49,166 nucleotides of DNA, from the IMG/VR virus record IMGVR_UViG_3300018080_000120; one strand, 5' to 3'. This DNA is from a virus. Its lineage: Duplodnaviria; Heunggongvirae; Uroviricota; Caudoviricetes. A program made the position numbers and the translations under genes. Positions within the stretch are counted from its first letter, which is position 1. The number at the start of each line of letters is the position of its first letter. Below are positions 36,421-44,233 of the stretch, in pieces. The notes under the pieces were generated by a model. That model was not told the DNA's origin, did no database searches, and worked only from the letters and a program-made list of their open reading frames with translations.

Positions 36421-36678
36421 TTATCTTCTATCTTCTACTCTAATACTAAATACACATTCACATTCATCACATCTTAATTGATAAACATTGCTCGGCCCTG
36501 CCTTGATTAAACAAAATCCATAGTGTGGCGGCCACGAATTGTAATCATGACATCCCACTAAACTTCTTTGACATTCTGGGCATGTGATTTCCACATTATA
36601 TAATAAATCATTTTTACGGGTGTATTCTTGTCCATGATGGATTACTGATAACACTTTTGCCTTATATTTTACATCCAT
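36421..36678 (-). CDS. Zinc-ribbon paralog 2
   Basis: CPECQRS...LRCDECECVF. Confidence 0.6.
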   Translation of the reverse strand: MDVKYKAKVLSVIHHGQEYTRKNDLLYNVEITCPECQRSLVGCHDYNSWPPHYGFCLIKAGPSNVYQLRCDECECVFSIRVEDRR

Positions 36679-36945
36679 TTATTTCTCTCCTACTATAATA
36701 TAGAATTCACATCCACAGCATGTGCATTTAAGTGTATAACGGGTTCCTTCAGTGATGTCTCCTTCATTAGTTAAATGAGTTCTGTTTATTACTGCAAAAT
36801 ATGGGCAATACATAAAATCTAATCCACGAGCGCCCATCGATTTCTGGCTACATTCTGGGCAATACAAATCTACTCCATCTAGATCTTTACTGAATTCCTC
36901 ATATCTAAATCCATGCTTTTTTACTGCTCCTCTGATTATTTTCAT
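36679..36945 (-). CDS. Zinc-ribbon paralog 3
   Basis: CPECSQKS...LKCTCCGCEF. Confidence 0.6.
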   Translation of the reverse strand: MKIIRGAVKKHGFRYEEFSKDLDGVDLYCPECSQKSMGARGLDFMYCPYFAVINRTHLTNEGDITEGTRYTLKCTCCGCEFYIIVGEK

Positions 36946-36946
36946 T

Positions 36947-37075
36947 TTAATTATCCTTATTTTTTATAATCTTCTTTATATTAGACCAATATTTGCTAAA
37001 TTGTTCCATTTTATCCATTTTATTGAATAATTTACTTAACATTTCCTTCTCTTCATCTGTAAGTTCTCTTTTCAT
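36947..37075 (-). CDS. 42-aa hypothetical protein
   Basis: MKRELTDEEKEML...; RBS TAGGAG. Confidence 0.5.
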   Translation of the reverse strand: MKRELTDEEKEMLSKLFNKMDKMEQFSKYWSNIKKIIKNKDN

Positions 37076-37084
37076 ATGCTTCTC

Positions 37085-37171
37085 CTACACTATAAATAAA
37101 TATCCTATGCCAATAATAGCAAGCCCAAAAACAATTCCGATGCCAAATCCAATTAGAAAATGTTTATTCAT
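37085..37171 (-). CDS. 28-aa single-TM microprotein
   Basis: MNKHFLIGFGIGIVFGLAIIGIGYLFIV; RBS GGAG. Confidence 0.5.
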   Translation of the reverse strand: MNKHFLIGFGIGIVFGLAIIGIGYLFIV

Positions 37172-37181
37172 GTTAATTCTC

Positions 37182-37781
37182 CTATAATTCTAAATCTATA
37201 TCGTCATAGACATGTATTTCTTCTCTCATTAACCTGGCAAATTCTTCTCTAAATTCATCTGCCGTATATATGTCAAACCATCCCATTACTATACTGTCAG
37301 GATTTTTCTTTAATTGTCTTGCCAATTTCACATATTCACTAATTTCAGGCAATGTTTCTTCGTCAATGAGACTATAAAAATCTAAGAATGTAAAATCAAA
37401 TTTCTTATCTATTTGTTTGGCACTTACCATATAATCCAGACCTGATCCAATAACTATATTATGCCTTTCATCTTTTATTGGATTAACCTTTTCTTGCACA
37501 TCAACAACGTTGAAGTTTCTTTCCACCGTTGTCAAAGAAGTTACTTTATCCCGCGACAAAATGTATTTACTCGCAACTCCCAATCCTAATCCTATTTCAA
37601 GACAATCTCCGTATGGTTTATCAGCTATCTGTTCTTTGTATTCTACGATCTCGTCTTCTACCGCCCAAAGATTGTGTCCCGGTCCTATATCCAAATGTAA
37701 TAAATTTCTGAACTTATAAACTCGAACATCTCCACTTTCTGCTATTAATTCTCCTGATTCAAAATATACTAAATTCCTCAT
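37182..37781 (-). CDS. Class I SAM-binding protein, spermidine-synthase-like fold
   Basis: CLEIGLGLG, VTS.T.VE.N, FDF.FLDFY. Confidence 0.75.
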   Translation of the reverse strand: MRNLVYFESGELIAESGDVRVYKFRNLLHLDIGPGHNLWAVEDEIVEYKEQIADKPYGDCLEIGLGLGVASKYILSRDKVTSLTTVERNFNVVDVQEKVNPIKDERHNIVIGSGLDYMVSAKQIDKKFDFTFLDFYSLIDEETLPEISEYVKLARQLKKNPDSIVMGWFDIYTADEFREEFARLMREEIHVYDDIDLEL

Positions 37782-38128
37782 TACACATTTCCCCATCCAG
37801 CTGGTTTATCATCTTTGTCAAAAGCTTGTCCGTGATAGGTGGTAGACTCTTTTACACTATCAATCATACTATCTACATCTTCAGGTTTCAGATATGGCCT
37901 ATTCCCCGCAGGTCTTTCAGTCTCTGGTTCTTCCAGATGGTATACCTTCATTCTGGCTTCTTCTAATCTATTGTTCATAAGCACAAAGTCTTTTCGAACC
38001 TCAAAGATTGTTTTTTCTCTACCACGTTTGAATCCAAGTTTATAAGATTGTATGGCTATTCCAATACCTAAAACAAGTACAACTATGCATAAAACTAAGT
38101 TTTCCAATCCTGCCATTTTCAACTCCAT
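37781..38128 (-). CDS. Membrane-anchored coiled-coil protein
   Basis: N-terminal TM LVLCIVVLVLGIGIAI. Confidence 0.55.
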   Translation of the reverse strand: MELKMAGLENLVLCIVVLVLGIGIAIQSYKLGFKRGREKTIFEVRKDFVLMNNRLEEARMKVYHLEEPETERPAGNRPYLKPEDVDSMIDSVKESTTYHGQAFDKDDKPAGWGNV

Positions 38129-38140
38129 ATATATAAAATA

Positions 38141-38560
38141 TCAGTTATCTTTTAGTTCTTCAACTACTTCTTCTGTATTGTCTATCAAACTATTCAAAGC
38201 TGGCAAAAATTCATTTCCTACATATTTCCAGAATTCTGTTTGTGCCAACTCGAATCTTTTCTTGTCAGAACCGGCATATTTCATTTTGTCATCCCAAGAT
38301 TTCTGAAATTCCATTAAACCTTTTCTTTGGGATTCAGGAGATGACATTATAAATTCATCAACTATTTGCTGTTTCTCAGCTTCAAATGCAAATATATCTT
38401 CTTTGTACAATTTACTCAATCTATCATGCTCTTTCAAAGCATTATCTGCTTTATCTTCATCTTCCTCTTCGTGTTCACAATCTCGATCACATTCTTTGTC
38501 GCATCGATCGTCATCATGGTCGCAGCCTCCACAGCCTCCACAATTTTTTTCATCAGTCAT
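38141..38560 (-). CDS. DUF3135-like protein with Cys/acidic N-terminal tail
   Basis: L..LY.ED..AFE...Q.I...I...P..Q..L..FQ; N-terminus CGGCGGCDHDDDRC. Confidence 0.5.
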   Translation of the reverse strand: MTDEKNCGGCGGCDHDDDRCDKECDRDCEHEEEDEDKADNALKEHDRLSKLYKEDIFAFEAEKQQIVDEFIMSSPESQRKGLMEFQKSWDDKMKYAGSDKKRFELAQTEFWKYVGNEFLPALNSLIDNTEEVVEELKDN

Positions 38561-38575
38561 TTTTTTTTACTCTCC

Positions 38576-38794
38576 TTATGGTATTGTTTTACAAAAACCA
38601 CAGCTTACACAGTCATAAGTTACAGGTAATGGGCTTCCTCTAGTTGTCAATTTTACTTTTTTACCACATTTTGGACAAACTCTGATTTCTAAACATTCAT
38701 ATTCATATTGTGCTAAAGCCTTTTTTTTGAGCATTTCGTTATAAATTTCGAGTTGTTTTGGCAATAAAAATTCTCTTATCAATCTTTTATCCAT
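38576..38794 (-). CDS. Zinc-ribbon protein
   Basis: CPKCG...CVSCG. Confidence 0.55.
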   Translation of the reverse strand: MDKRLIREFLLPKQLEIYNEMLKKKALAQYEYECLEIRVCPKCGKKVKLTTRGSPLPVTYDCVSCGFCKTIP

Positions 38795-39059
38795 CGTTTT
38801 TTCCCATCCTTTCATCTCGACATTTTCCACTATTACAATTTCCGCCATATTTGGTACACTCTAACCATGGTCGATTGCATTCTTTGCAATATCGTTCTTT
38901 CAGGGTCCCATCTATACGGCACTGCATAAATTTGGCTCTGAAGGAAATGTAATTTCTTTCTTCGAGATTATATATAGTTTCGGGTTCGTCATAAGCTGTT
39001 TTGTTCATTTTGTTCATTATCAAAAGTTCTTTTTTGTCTCTAACATATCCTGGCGGCAT
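38787..39059 (-). CDS. Cys-rich hypothetical protein
   Basis: CKEC...C...C...C. Confidence 0.5.
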   Translation of the reverse strand: MPPGYVRDKKELLIMNKMNKTAYDEPETIYNLEERNYISFRAKFMQCRIDGTLKERYCKECNRPWLECTKYGGNCNSGKCRDERMGKNDG

Positions 39060-39277
39060 TATAACTCCTTTTTTACCTCAATTACTATTCGGTCTGTGTA
39101 ATTTTGAACTTCAAAATATCTGTGAATATTCATTACAACCTGTGAAACTATTTCACTTATCCTATCCTCAAGATTTTGTTTTGCCTTCATTATTTCCTCT
39201 TCCGCAGCTTGTTGAATGGCATTCTTAATACCGCCCATCACAGCATTATTAAAAGCTTCCATTTCCTGATTTGACAT
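39059..39277 (-). CDS. Helical hypothetical protein
   Basis: Start MSNQEME after TAGGAGG. Confidence 0.55.
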   Translation of the reverse strand: MSNQEMEAFNNAVMGGIKNAIQQAAEEEIMKAKQNLEDRISEIVSQVVMNIHRYFEVQNYTDRIVIEVKKEL

Positions 39278-39288
39278 AAATAATCCTC

Positions 39289-39480
39289 CTATCGCCAAAA
39301 TATTGGAAGAAAGAACGGGTCTCCATCTTCATCCTGTTGTTCTTTAATCCATTCCCATATCTGCTTCTGTAAATCATAAGGGTCATTTCCATCTTTAGAG
39401 TCCTTAGACTTAATTTTAATCTCTTTTTTCTCCTCTTTTTTTGATTCTCCGATTATATCTTCGAACATTTCAATTTTCAC
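39289..39480 (-). CDS. Hypothetical protein, first gene of the minus arm
   Basis: GTG after GAGG; MFEDIIG motif shared with 22858..23073. Confidence 0.5.
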   Translation of the reverse strand: MKIEMFEDIIGESKKEEKKEIKIKSKDSKDGNDPYDLQKQIWEWIKEQQDEDGDPFFLPIFWR

Positions 39481-39526
39481 CTCATTTTAGTCCCCCCGAC
39501 GACAAAATTCGTCATCGTTTGAGTAT

Positions 39527-39555
39527 ATTATAGAATATTTTCCTCGATTTGCTAG
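39527..39555 (-). promoter_or_regulatory. Phage promoter copy 7
   Basis: CTAGCA-N17-TATAAT at the divergence point; 7-bp hairpin at the transcript start. Confidence 0.8.
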
Positions 39556-39730
39556 GCAATTTGGATAAATTATCGTGGTCAAACTTGATTTTCAGAGTAA
39601 ATTATGTGTAATAGGGTCCCTAATGTCTATTTCCTGTATTTATGTTATATTCAAAAAATTATAGGGGGGTGGGTAAATCCCTATAAACATTATCATTTCA
39701 AACTTTTAGATTTATTCGAGGAGGTATATC

Positions 39731-39865
39731 ATGGTATCTATCTATAGACTCACACATCGTGGATTGGTCTTTTGCGGTTGGGGAGAAAGGAAAGATGATG
39801 ATTTCTTTACAGAACAGGGATATGTCATCATCTATCCGTCTCTAAACCCGAATGATTGGAGATAA
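39731..39865 (+). CDS. 44-aa microprotein
   Basis: RBS GGAGG; MVSIYR...EQGYVIIYP. Confidence 0.6.
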   Translation: MVSIYRLTHRGLVFCGWGERKDDDFFTEQGYVIIYPSLNPNDWR

Positions 39866-39945
39866 TCTCATTTCTAATGAAAAACAATCCTTTACCATAA
39901 TTCAAAAAACAATACTTTACCATAATTTCGAAGGGAGGTGAGAAA

Positions 39946-40071
39946 TTGGACTTTGACCCTGATATTGGAGAGATTGTCTATCTTGAAGAAGATTTAGAGA
40001 ATGAGGACCCTTTTCCCGAGGATAGATGGGAAGAGGAATTCGACAACATTTCAGATGAGGAGATTTCATGA
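39946..40071 (+). CDS. 41-aa highly acidic microprotein
   Basis: GGAGGTG RBS, TTG start; 19 D/E and 1 R; ATGA overlap. Confidence 0.6.
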   Translation: MDFDPDIGEIVYLEEDLENEDPFPEDRWEEEFDNISDEEIS

Positions 40072-40274
40072 TGAGAAATCAAGACAAAGAGATTCAACAG
40101 GTTATTCGACAATTTACTCGTGGAACTCGCACCAACAATAATCGCAAGAGTGGTTTCGTCACCTATGCAATGATGGGTGGTAGGAGTATCGGTGAGACCG
40201 CAGGTGCGCAAGTAAGAAAAGTCTTCAAAAAAGAGGTTAGAAAGGGGAACGTGATTCGTCGCACCAATTCCTAA
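40068..40274 (+). CDS. Basic hypothetical protein
   Basis: Arg/Lys-rich. Confidence 0.5.
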   Translation: MMRNQDKEIQQVIRQFTRGTRTNNNRKSGFVTYAMMGGRSIGETAGAQVRKVFKKEVRKGNVIRRTNS

Positions 40275-40341
40275 TCTCAACGGGGGTCTATCCCCCGACA
40301 TATGGGTATGTCTCGTACCTGTATGTCGGAGTGTATACTCC
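40271..40341 (+). repeat. Structured intergenic element copy 1
   Basis: GGGGG/CCCCC, CCGACAT/ATGTCGG and GAGT/ACTC stems. Confidence 0.7.
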
Positions 40342-40372
40342 GTTTATTAACCTATAGATTGGAGGTGTTATC

Positions 40373-40648
40373 ATGAGAAAACCTTATAAATACACTGAAT
40401 TGAGTGATGTTCGGTGCGCACATGACAAATGTGCAATGGTCAATGGGAAAGAGGGTGTCGTTCGTCGTCTCATCAAAAAGAACGTTGTCGAGAGACTCAA
40501 AGGGACGAGAACCAAACTCTATTGTTATCCCTGTTCCATCTTTCTCAAAAATGGGATGACTGCAAAGAAACACAAAGAGTCTCGTAGGGTAAGAAAGGTG
40601 AATCGTCAGGAACAACTCATCCAACAGATGCAGAGAGGTGAGGTCTAA
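40373..40648 (+). CDS. Basic Cys-containing protein
   Basis: RBS GGAGGTG; C.H..C...C..C. Confidence 0.55.
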   Translation: MRKPYKYTELSDVRCAHDKCAMVNGKEGVVRRLIKKNVVERLKGTRTKLYCYPCSIFLKNGMTAKKHKESRRVRKVNRQEQLIQQMQRGEV

Positions 40649-40712
40649 TATCAAAGGGGGTTTATCCCCCGACATGCATCCATTTTTGGGTGTATGTCGG
40701 AGTATAAAACTC
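40645..40712 (+). repeat. Structured intergenic element copy 2
   Basis: Same stems with a different inner sequence. Confidence 0.7.
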
Positions 40713-40729
40713 GAAAGGAGGTGGTGATT

Positions 40730-41035
40730 ATGTGGTGGATGTTACAGATAGTTGGTTGTGCAGGAGTATGTATTGCACAGATAATAAATCGTAAATATGG
40801 TCTATGTTCCACATCGTGGACTTTCTATTCTTTAATCGCAATATTTATTACCTATCCTGCATTTGGGAAATCCTTTTCAATCGCACCATCATTCTTCAGT
40901 GCATGGTTCTTGGGACAGGTCTGTCTTAATGTATTTGGTCTTATAACTGCATTTCTCGTATTCGGAGATTCCGTCTCATTTCAACAATGGGTAGGTTTAA
41001 TACTCGCAATCATCAGTGGGTATTTATTAATCTAA
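40730..41035 (+). CDS. Small 4-TM DMT/SMR-like protein, paralog of 29822..30145
   Basis: WW.LQI.G...YGL...YSL...SIAPS...FG.IT.FLVF shared. Confidence 0.65.
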   Translation: MWWMLQIVGCAGVCIAQIINRKYGLCSTSWTFYSLIAIFITYPAFGKSFSIAPSFFSAWFLGQVCLNVFGLITAFLVFGDSVSFQQWVGLILAIISGYLLI

Positions 41036-41054
41036 TAGAAAGGAGGTGAAACCT

Positions 41055-41456
41055 ATGTTAATCAATGTCGATTGTGACGGAGTTCTCGTTCCCAATTGGT
41101 ATGAGGAACTCTTTATGAAGAAATTACAGGAGTTTCCGCAAGGTATTTCCAAGGGAAGTCCTATATTCGATTGGTATTTCTCAGTGATTCATGAACACCC
41201 ATTACTTCCACTGAATGTTCCTTTACTTCAGGCACTTGCGAATTCGGGACATCCTATTCGTCTGTGGACCAATCGTAATGACGAACTCATAAAGAGAACC
41301 TTGCAAAATCTTGGTCCTTGGGTATCTATCTTTGACTCTTTCCACTTTCTCAATGGAGATAAGATTAAGAGTAGAGTGGATGGAATAGTCATTGATAATT
41401 CAATCAACTACCTCAAGTGCGGTGAACTTGGGGGAATTCATTATGAATGGAGGTGA
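41055..41456 (+). CDS. HAD-superfamily hydrolase (5'-nucleotidase-like)
   Basis: DCDGVL, WTNR, IDN. Confidence 0.7.
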   Translation: MLINVDCDGVLVPNWYEELFMKKLQEFPQGISKGSPIFDWYFSVIHEHPLLPLNVPLLQALANSGHPIRLWTNRNDELIKRTLQNLGPWVSIFDSFHFLNGDKIKSRVDGIVIDNSINYLKCGELGGIHYEWR

Positions 41457-41570
41457 TAATAATAAAACCCAAACTTCCAAAAGACTACAAACACAAACGG
41501 AAAGGGCATGACTACCTTCTATGGTTGGTCATATTGGCAATAATTCTTTTATATATAGGAGATTATATCT

Positions 41571-41891
41571 ATGGTTAATAAAAGACACATACCCATATTT
41601 GTCGCGGGTGTGATAAGTTTCATTATTCTCATTTCCGCGGCGGCTGTTTATTCTCATCCCACCAAGAAAAATGTATATGAGGAGATGAAAGTGGATGCCT
41701 ATCAACCAGGGCTCGAACTCGTCTTGGTAGACAGGGATGAACAACTCTATTCAACAATGGATTATGACCCTGAAGTTTCCTTCAGAGAAGGTGATTTCGT
41801 TCTCGTTCATATGGAATTCACTTATATAGGAAACCAATACTACATCCTCAAACATATAAAAGTGATAAAAATCACTTCACCTGCCGAATAG
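41571..41891 (+). CDS. Membrane-anchored/exported protein
   Basis: N-terminal hydrophobic helix. Confidence 0.55.
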   Translation: MVNKRHIPIFVAGVISFIILISAAAVYSHPTKKNVYEEMKVDAYQPGLELVLVDRDEQLYSTMDYDPEVSFREGDFVLVHMEFTYIGNQYYILKHIKVIKITSPAE

Positions 41892-41903
41892 AGGAGGTGA
41901 ACT

Positions 41904-42206
41904 ATGGCATATAATTTCAAAACAGATGTAGGAAGATTGCCGTCCAACACCACGATTTTAGTACGCGTTGCTGATAATGTACTTGAACAAGAGGATTGGG
42001 GGATTGACATGCTTACCATTCAATATGGAGTGGTAGTATCTCAGGAATCCCTTTTCAAAGGGGTCTATGAAATCCCCAACATGGTGGGTTGGACCACAGA
42101 GGAAGTCTGCGAATGGACTTCCTACCATGATCCCTCAAGTCATCCACAGAACTTCTATGAATTGAGTTATATGGAAACGGTTCCGTGGGTAGGGCCTGCA
42201 TTTTAA
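41904..42206 (+). CDS. Acidic hypothetical protein
   Basis: RBS GGAGGTG. Confidence 0.55.
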   Translation: MAYNFKTDVGRLPSNTTILVRVADNVLEQEDWGIDMLTIQYGVVVSQESLFKGVYEIPNMVGWTTEEVCEWTSYHDPSSHPQNFYELSYMETVPWVGPAF

Positions 42207-42231
42207 CCCTAAAGAGTAAGGAGGTAAACAG

Positions 42232-42432
42232 ATGAAAGATTTACAAATATCAGATGAAGGCTTTAAAAGGTCTGCAATTCCTGATGGGAAATACACAATG
42301 AGCAGTCCATTCCATCCTATCGATTTTACAATCGAAAAGGAAGGCAATACCATCACATATCTTGACAACTCGAAAGACGATATTCGGGACAAGACATATG
42401 ATGAATGGACTTTCACACCCAAAACCAAATAG
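42232..42432 (+). CDS. Hypothetical protein
   Basis: RBS AAGGAGGT. Confidence 0.55.
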   Translation: MKDLQISDEGFKRSAIPDGKYTMSSPFHPIDFTIEKEGNTITYLDNSKDDIRDKTYDEWTFTPKTK

Positions 42433-42447
42433 AAGGGAGGTGATATC

Positions 42448-42663
42448 TTGATTAGTTTACCTTTATTTGGAAGTAAAGACGCACGTATCTTCATTGAAAA
42501 AGTTAAGGATGGTACCACTACATGCGATGCGATGAAAGATAAAAAAGAGCAGTGTTTTGAACCCGTGAAGTATTTCATCGAGGGTGGACATTATTGCAAA
42601 GAGCATTCAAAAATGGTCTTGCGCATCTGTGGAGTGGATGAGGTTACACTGAACCAAATGTAA
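42448..42663 (+). CDS. Cys/His hypothetical protein
   Basis: C...C...YC.EH. Confidence 0.5.
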   Translation: MISLPLFGSKDARIFIEKVKDGTTTCDAMKDKKEQCFEPVKYFIEGGHYCKEHSKMVLRICGVDEVTLNQM

Positions 42664-42762
42664 AGGAGGTGACATGGTTAAACAACTTAAACTTTGGCGG
42701 GAACTCCGTTATACTGAGATTGTCGTTGTGCTGCTATATTGCCTTCGCTTTTTGGGGGTGAT

Positions 42763-42933
42763 ATGAAAAAGAAAGTAATCTTAGTGGGTGGAACGTATAT
42801 GGACTATCTGTATTGGGCAAGAGACCAGGTAGTAATGAGACTTGAACGTATCTTCCTCAATGCAGCAACGGGTATCAAATGGGAAACATTCTATTATACC
42901 TGTATGGCAGTTAATATCATAGGGAGGAACTAA
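42763..42933 (+). CDS. Hypothetical protein
   Basis: Start MKKKVILVGG. Confidence 0.45.
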   Translation: MKKKVILVGGTYMDYLYWARDQVVMRLERIFLNAATGIKWETFYYTCMAVNIIGRN

Positions 42934-42934
42934 C

Positions 42935-43099
42935 ATGGTAGAATTATATAAAGCTGATGAAGATGGATCTGGTTTCACTCTTAAGGACTATGGAGTGGAA
43001 GGTTGTGAGGAGAAGTATGCCCAGCAGGGATTTGTTGTTGTCAGACCAGACCAACCTGACAAGGTCAAACCTGTCGGTTCCCAGCTGATTCAGAAGTAA
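42935..43099 (+). CDS. 54-aa microprotein, paralog of 39731..39865
   Basis: MVELYK...QQGFVVVRP; RBS GGAGG. Confidence 0.6.
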   Translation: MVELYKADEDGSGFTLKDYGVEGCEEKYAQQGFVVVRPDQPDKVKPVGSQLIQK

Positions 43100-43130
43100 A
43101 CCTTAACCAACACTAAAAGGAGGTGTTACT

Positions 43131-43361
43131 ATGGCAAAATTTAAGAATGGCGATGTCGTGGAGTTTGCTATGTCAAAAACCTTTGACAGGTCGGTATTTG
43201 GTACCTTCCTTCACATGATCTTCAAGAAGGGTCAGGCATTGGCACAAATTCGTCTGTCCAATTCCAATGTGGTTACTATTGAGCCCAAGCTCATCAAGAC
43301 CACATCCCAGCAGATTGTAGAGGAGAAGATCCTCCGGCTTAAGGCTGTGAAGGGTTGGTAA
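43131..43361 (+). CDS. SH3/KOW-like small protein
   Basis: FKNGDVVEF. Confidence 0.5.
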   Translation: MAKFKNGDVVEFAMSKTFDRSVFGTFLHMIFKKGQALAQIRLSNSNVVTIEPKLIKTTSQQIVEEKILRLKAVKGW

Positions 43362-43363
43362 AT

Positions 43364-43432
43364 GTAGTGGGAAGGAAACCCCTTCCCCTACCATCCTGCT
43401 CGTCTCTACCCGAGACGGGCAGACATGGTGGT
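43364..43432 (+). other. Two tandem intergenic hairpins
   Basis: GGGAAGG/CCTTCCC and CTGCTCGTCTC/GAGACGGGCAG. Confidence 0.6.
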
Positions 43433-43458
43433 AAATCTATAAGAAAGGAGGTGATATC

Positions 43459-43695
43459 ATGGAAAGGGAATGGCTTGAGATGATTACAAATAACTTGGAA
43501 GAAAAGGGCGACAATCTGTTCTTGGTTTCATGGAATACTGGAGATGGTGTTGAAACTCTCTGTTTCACAAGTAGGGAAGGAATAGAAGAATATCTCGCAA
43601 GCCATAACTTTGACCCCTCAGATATTGAAATCATGGAAGTCAAAGTAACGAAGAGGTTTAAATGGCAAAAGGTTGTAGAATTAACAGAAATCTAA
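43459..43695 (+). CDS. Acidic hypothetical protein
   Basis: RBS AAGGAGGTG. Confidence 0.55.
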   Translation: MEREWLEMITNNLEEKGDNLFLVSWNTGDGVETLCFTSREGIEEYLASHNFDPSDIEIMEVKVTKRFKWQKVVELTEI

Positions 43696-43715
43696 ATTTA
43701 AGGAGGTGTTGATTA

Positions 43716-43927
43716 TGATTTGTAAATTGGCTCCAGTGGGTTGTGGTTGCCCCGCCGTGGACAAAAATGGCAATTGCACCGTTCATTTCAAGGAGGGTAT
43801 AGAACGCAACATGGAAAAGGGATATTGTGTCTTTCGGAATATTCGAGCTCCTAAGACTGGCATCTATGAACCTAGAATGGCAAAACGCGTTCGCGTCGGT
43901 CAACAGAAACAGAGAAAGTCAAGATAA
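43716..43927 (+). CDS. Cys-rich hypothetical protein
   Basis: MICKLAPVGCGC...C...C. Confidence 0.55.
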
Positions 43928-43969
43928 ACTTGTGGGGGAGAAATCCCCCACCAAAACAGGAGGAATATT

Positions 43970-44233
43970 ATGTTAGATAGGATTCGTAGTTTGCTTAAAA
44001 AGAAAGAAGAAAAGCTTGACTGTGGTGGAAGAGACTTCGATCACTGCGAATTTGACGAATGCGCAGATGATGAATTGTATCTCGTATTCTTGAGGAAAGA
44101 TAACATGGAAAAGGCGACTACTCCTCCATCACTTGCATGGCTTGATTGTCCATTGACCTACTCGGAACGTGGTGAGATTGAAAGAATTCAAAAGGTCAAG
44201 ATCCTCAAGGATTATCATCCGATAGTAGCTTAA
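43970..44233 (+). CDS. Hypothetical protein
   Basis: RBS GGAGG. Confidence 0.55.
   Translation: MLDRIRSLLKKKEEKLDCGGRDFDHCEFDECADDELYLVFLRKDNMEKATTPPSLAWLDCPLTYSERGEIERIQKVKILKDYHPIVA

Noticed and set aside
35243-42450. TAG stops in frame with the next gene (35288, 37085, 42430) as programmed fusions
   Set aside because: About one in three such junctions is in frame by chance, and each downstream gene has its own RBS. The 35288 case lies in a repeated DNA element.
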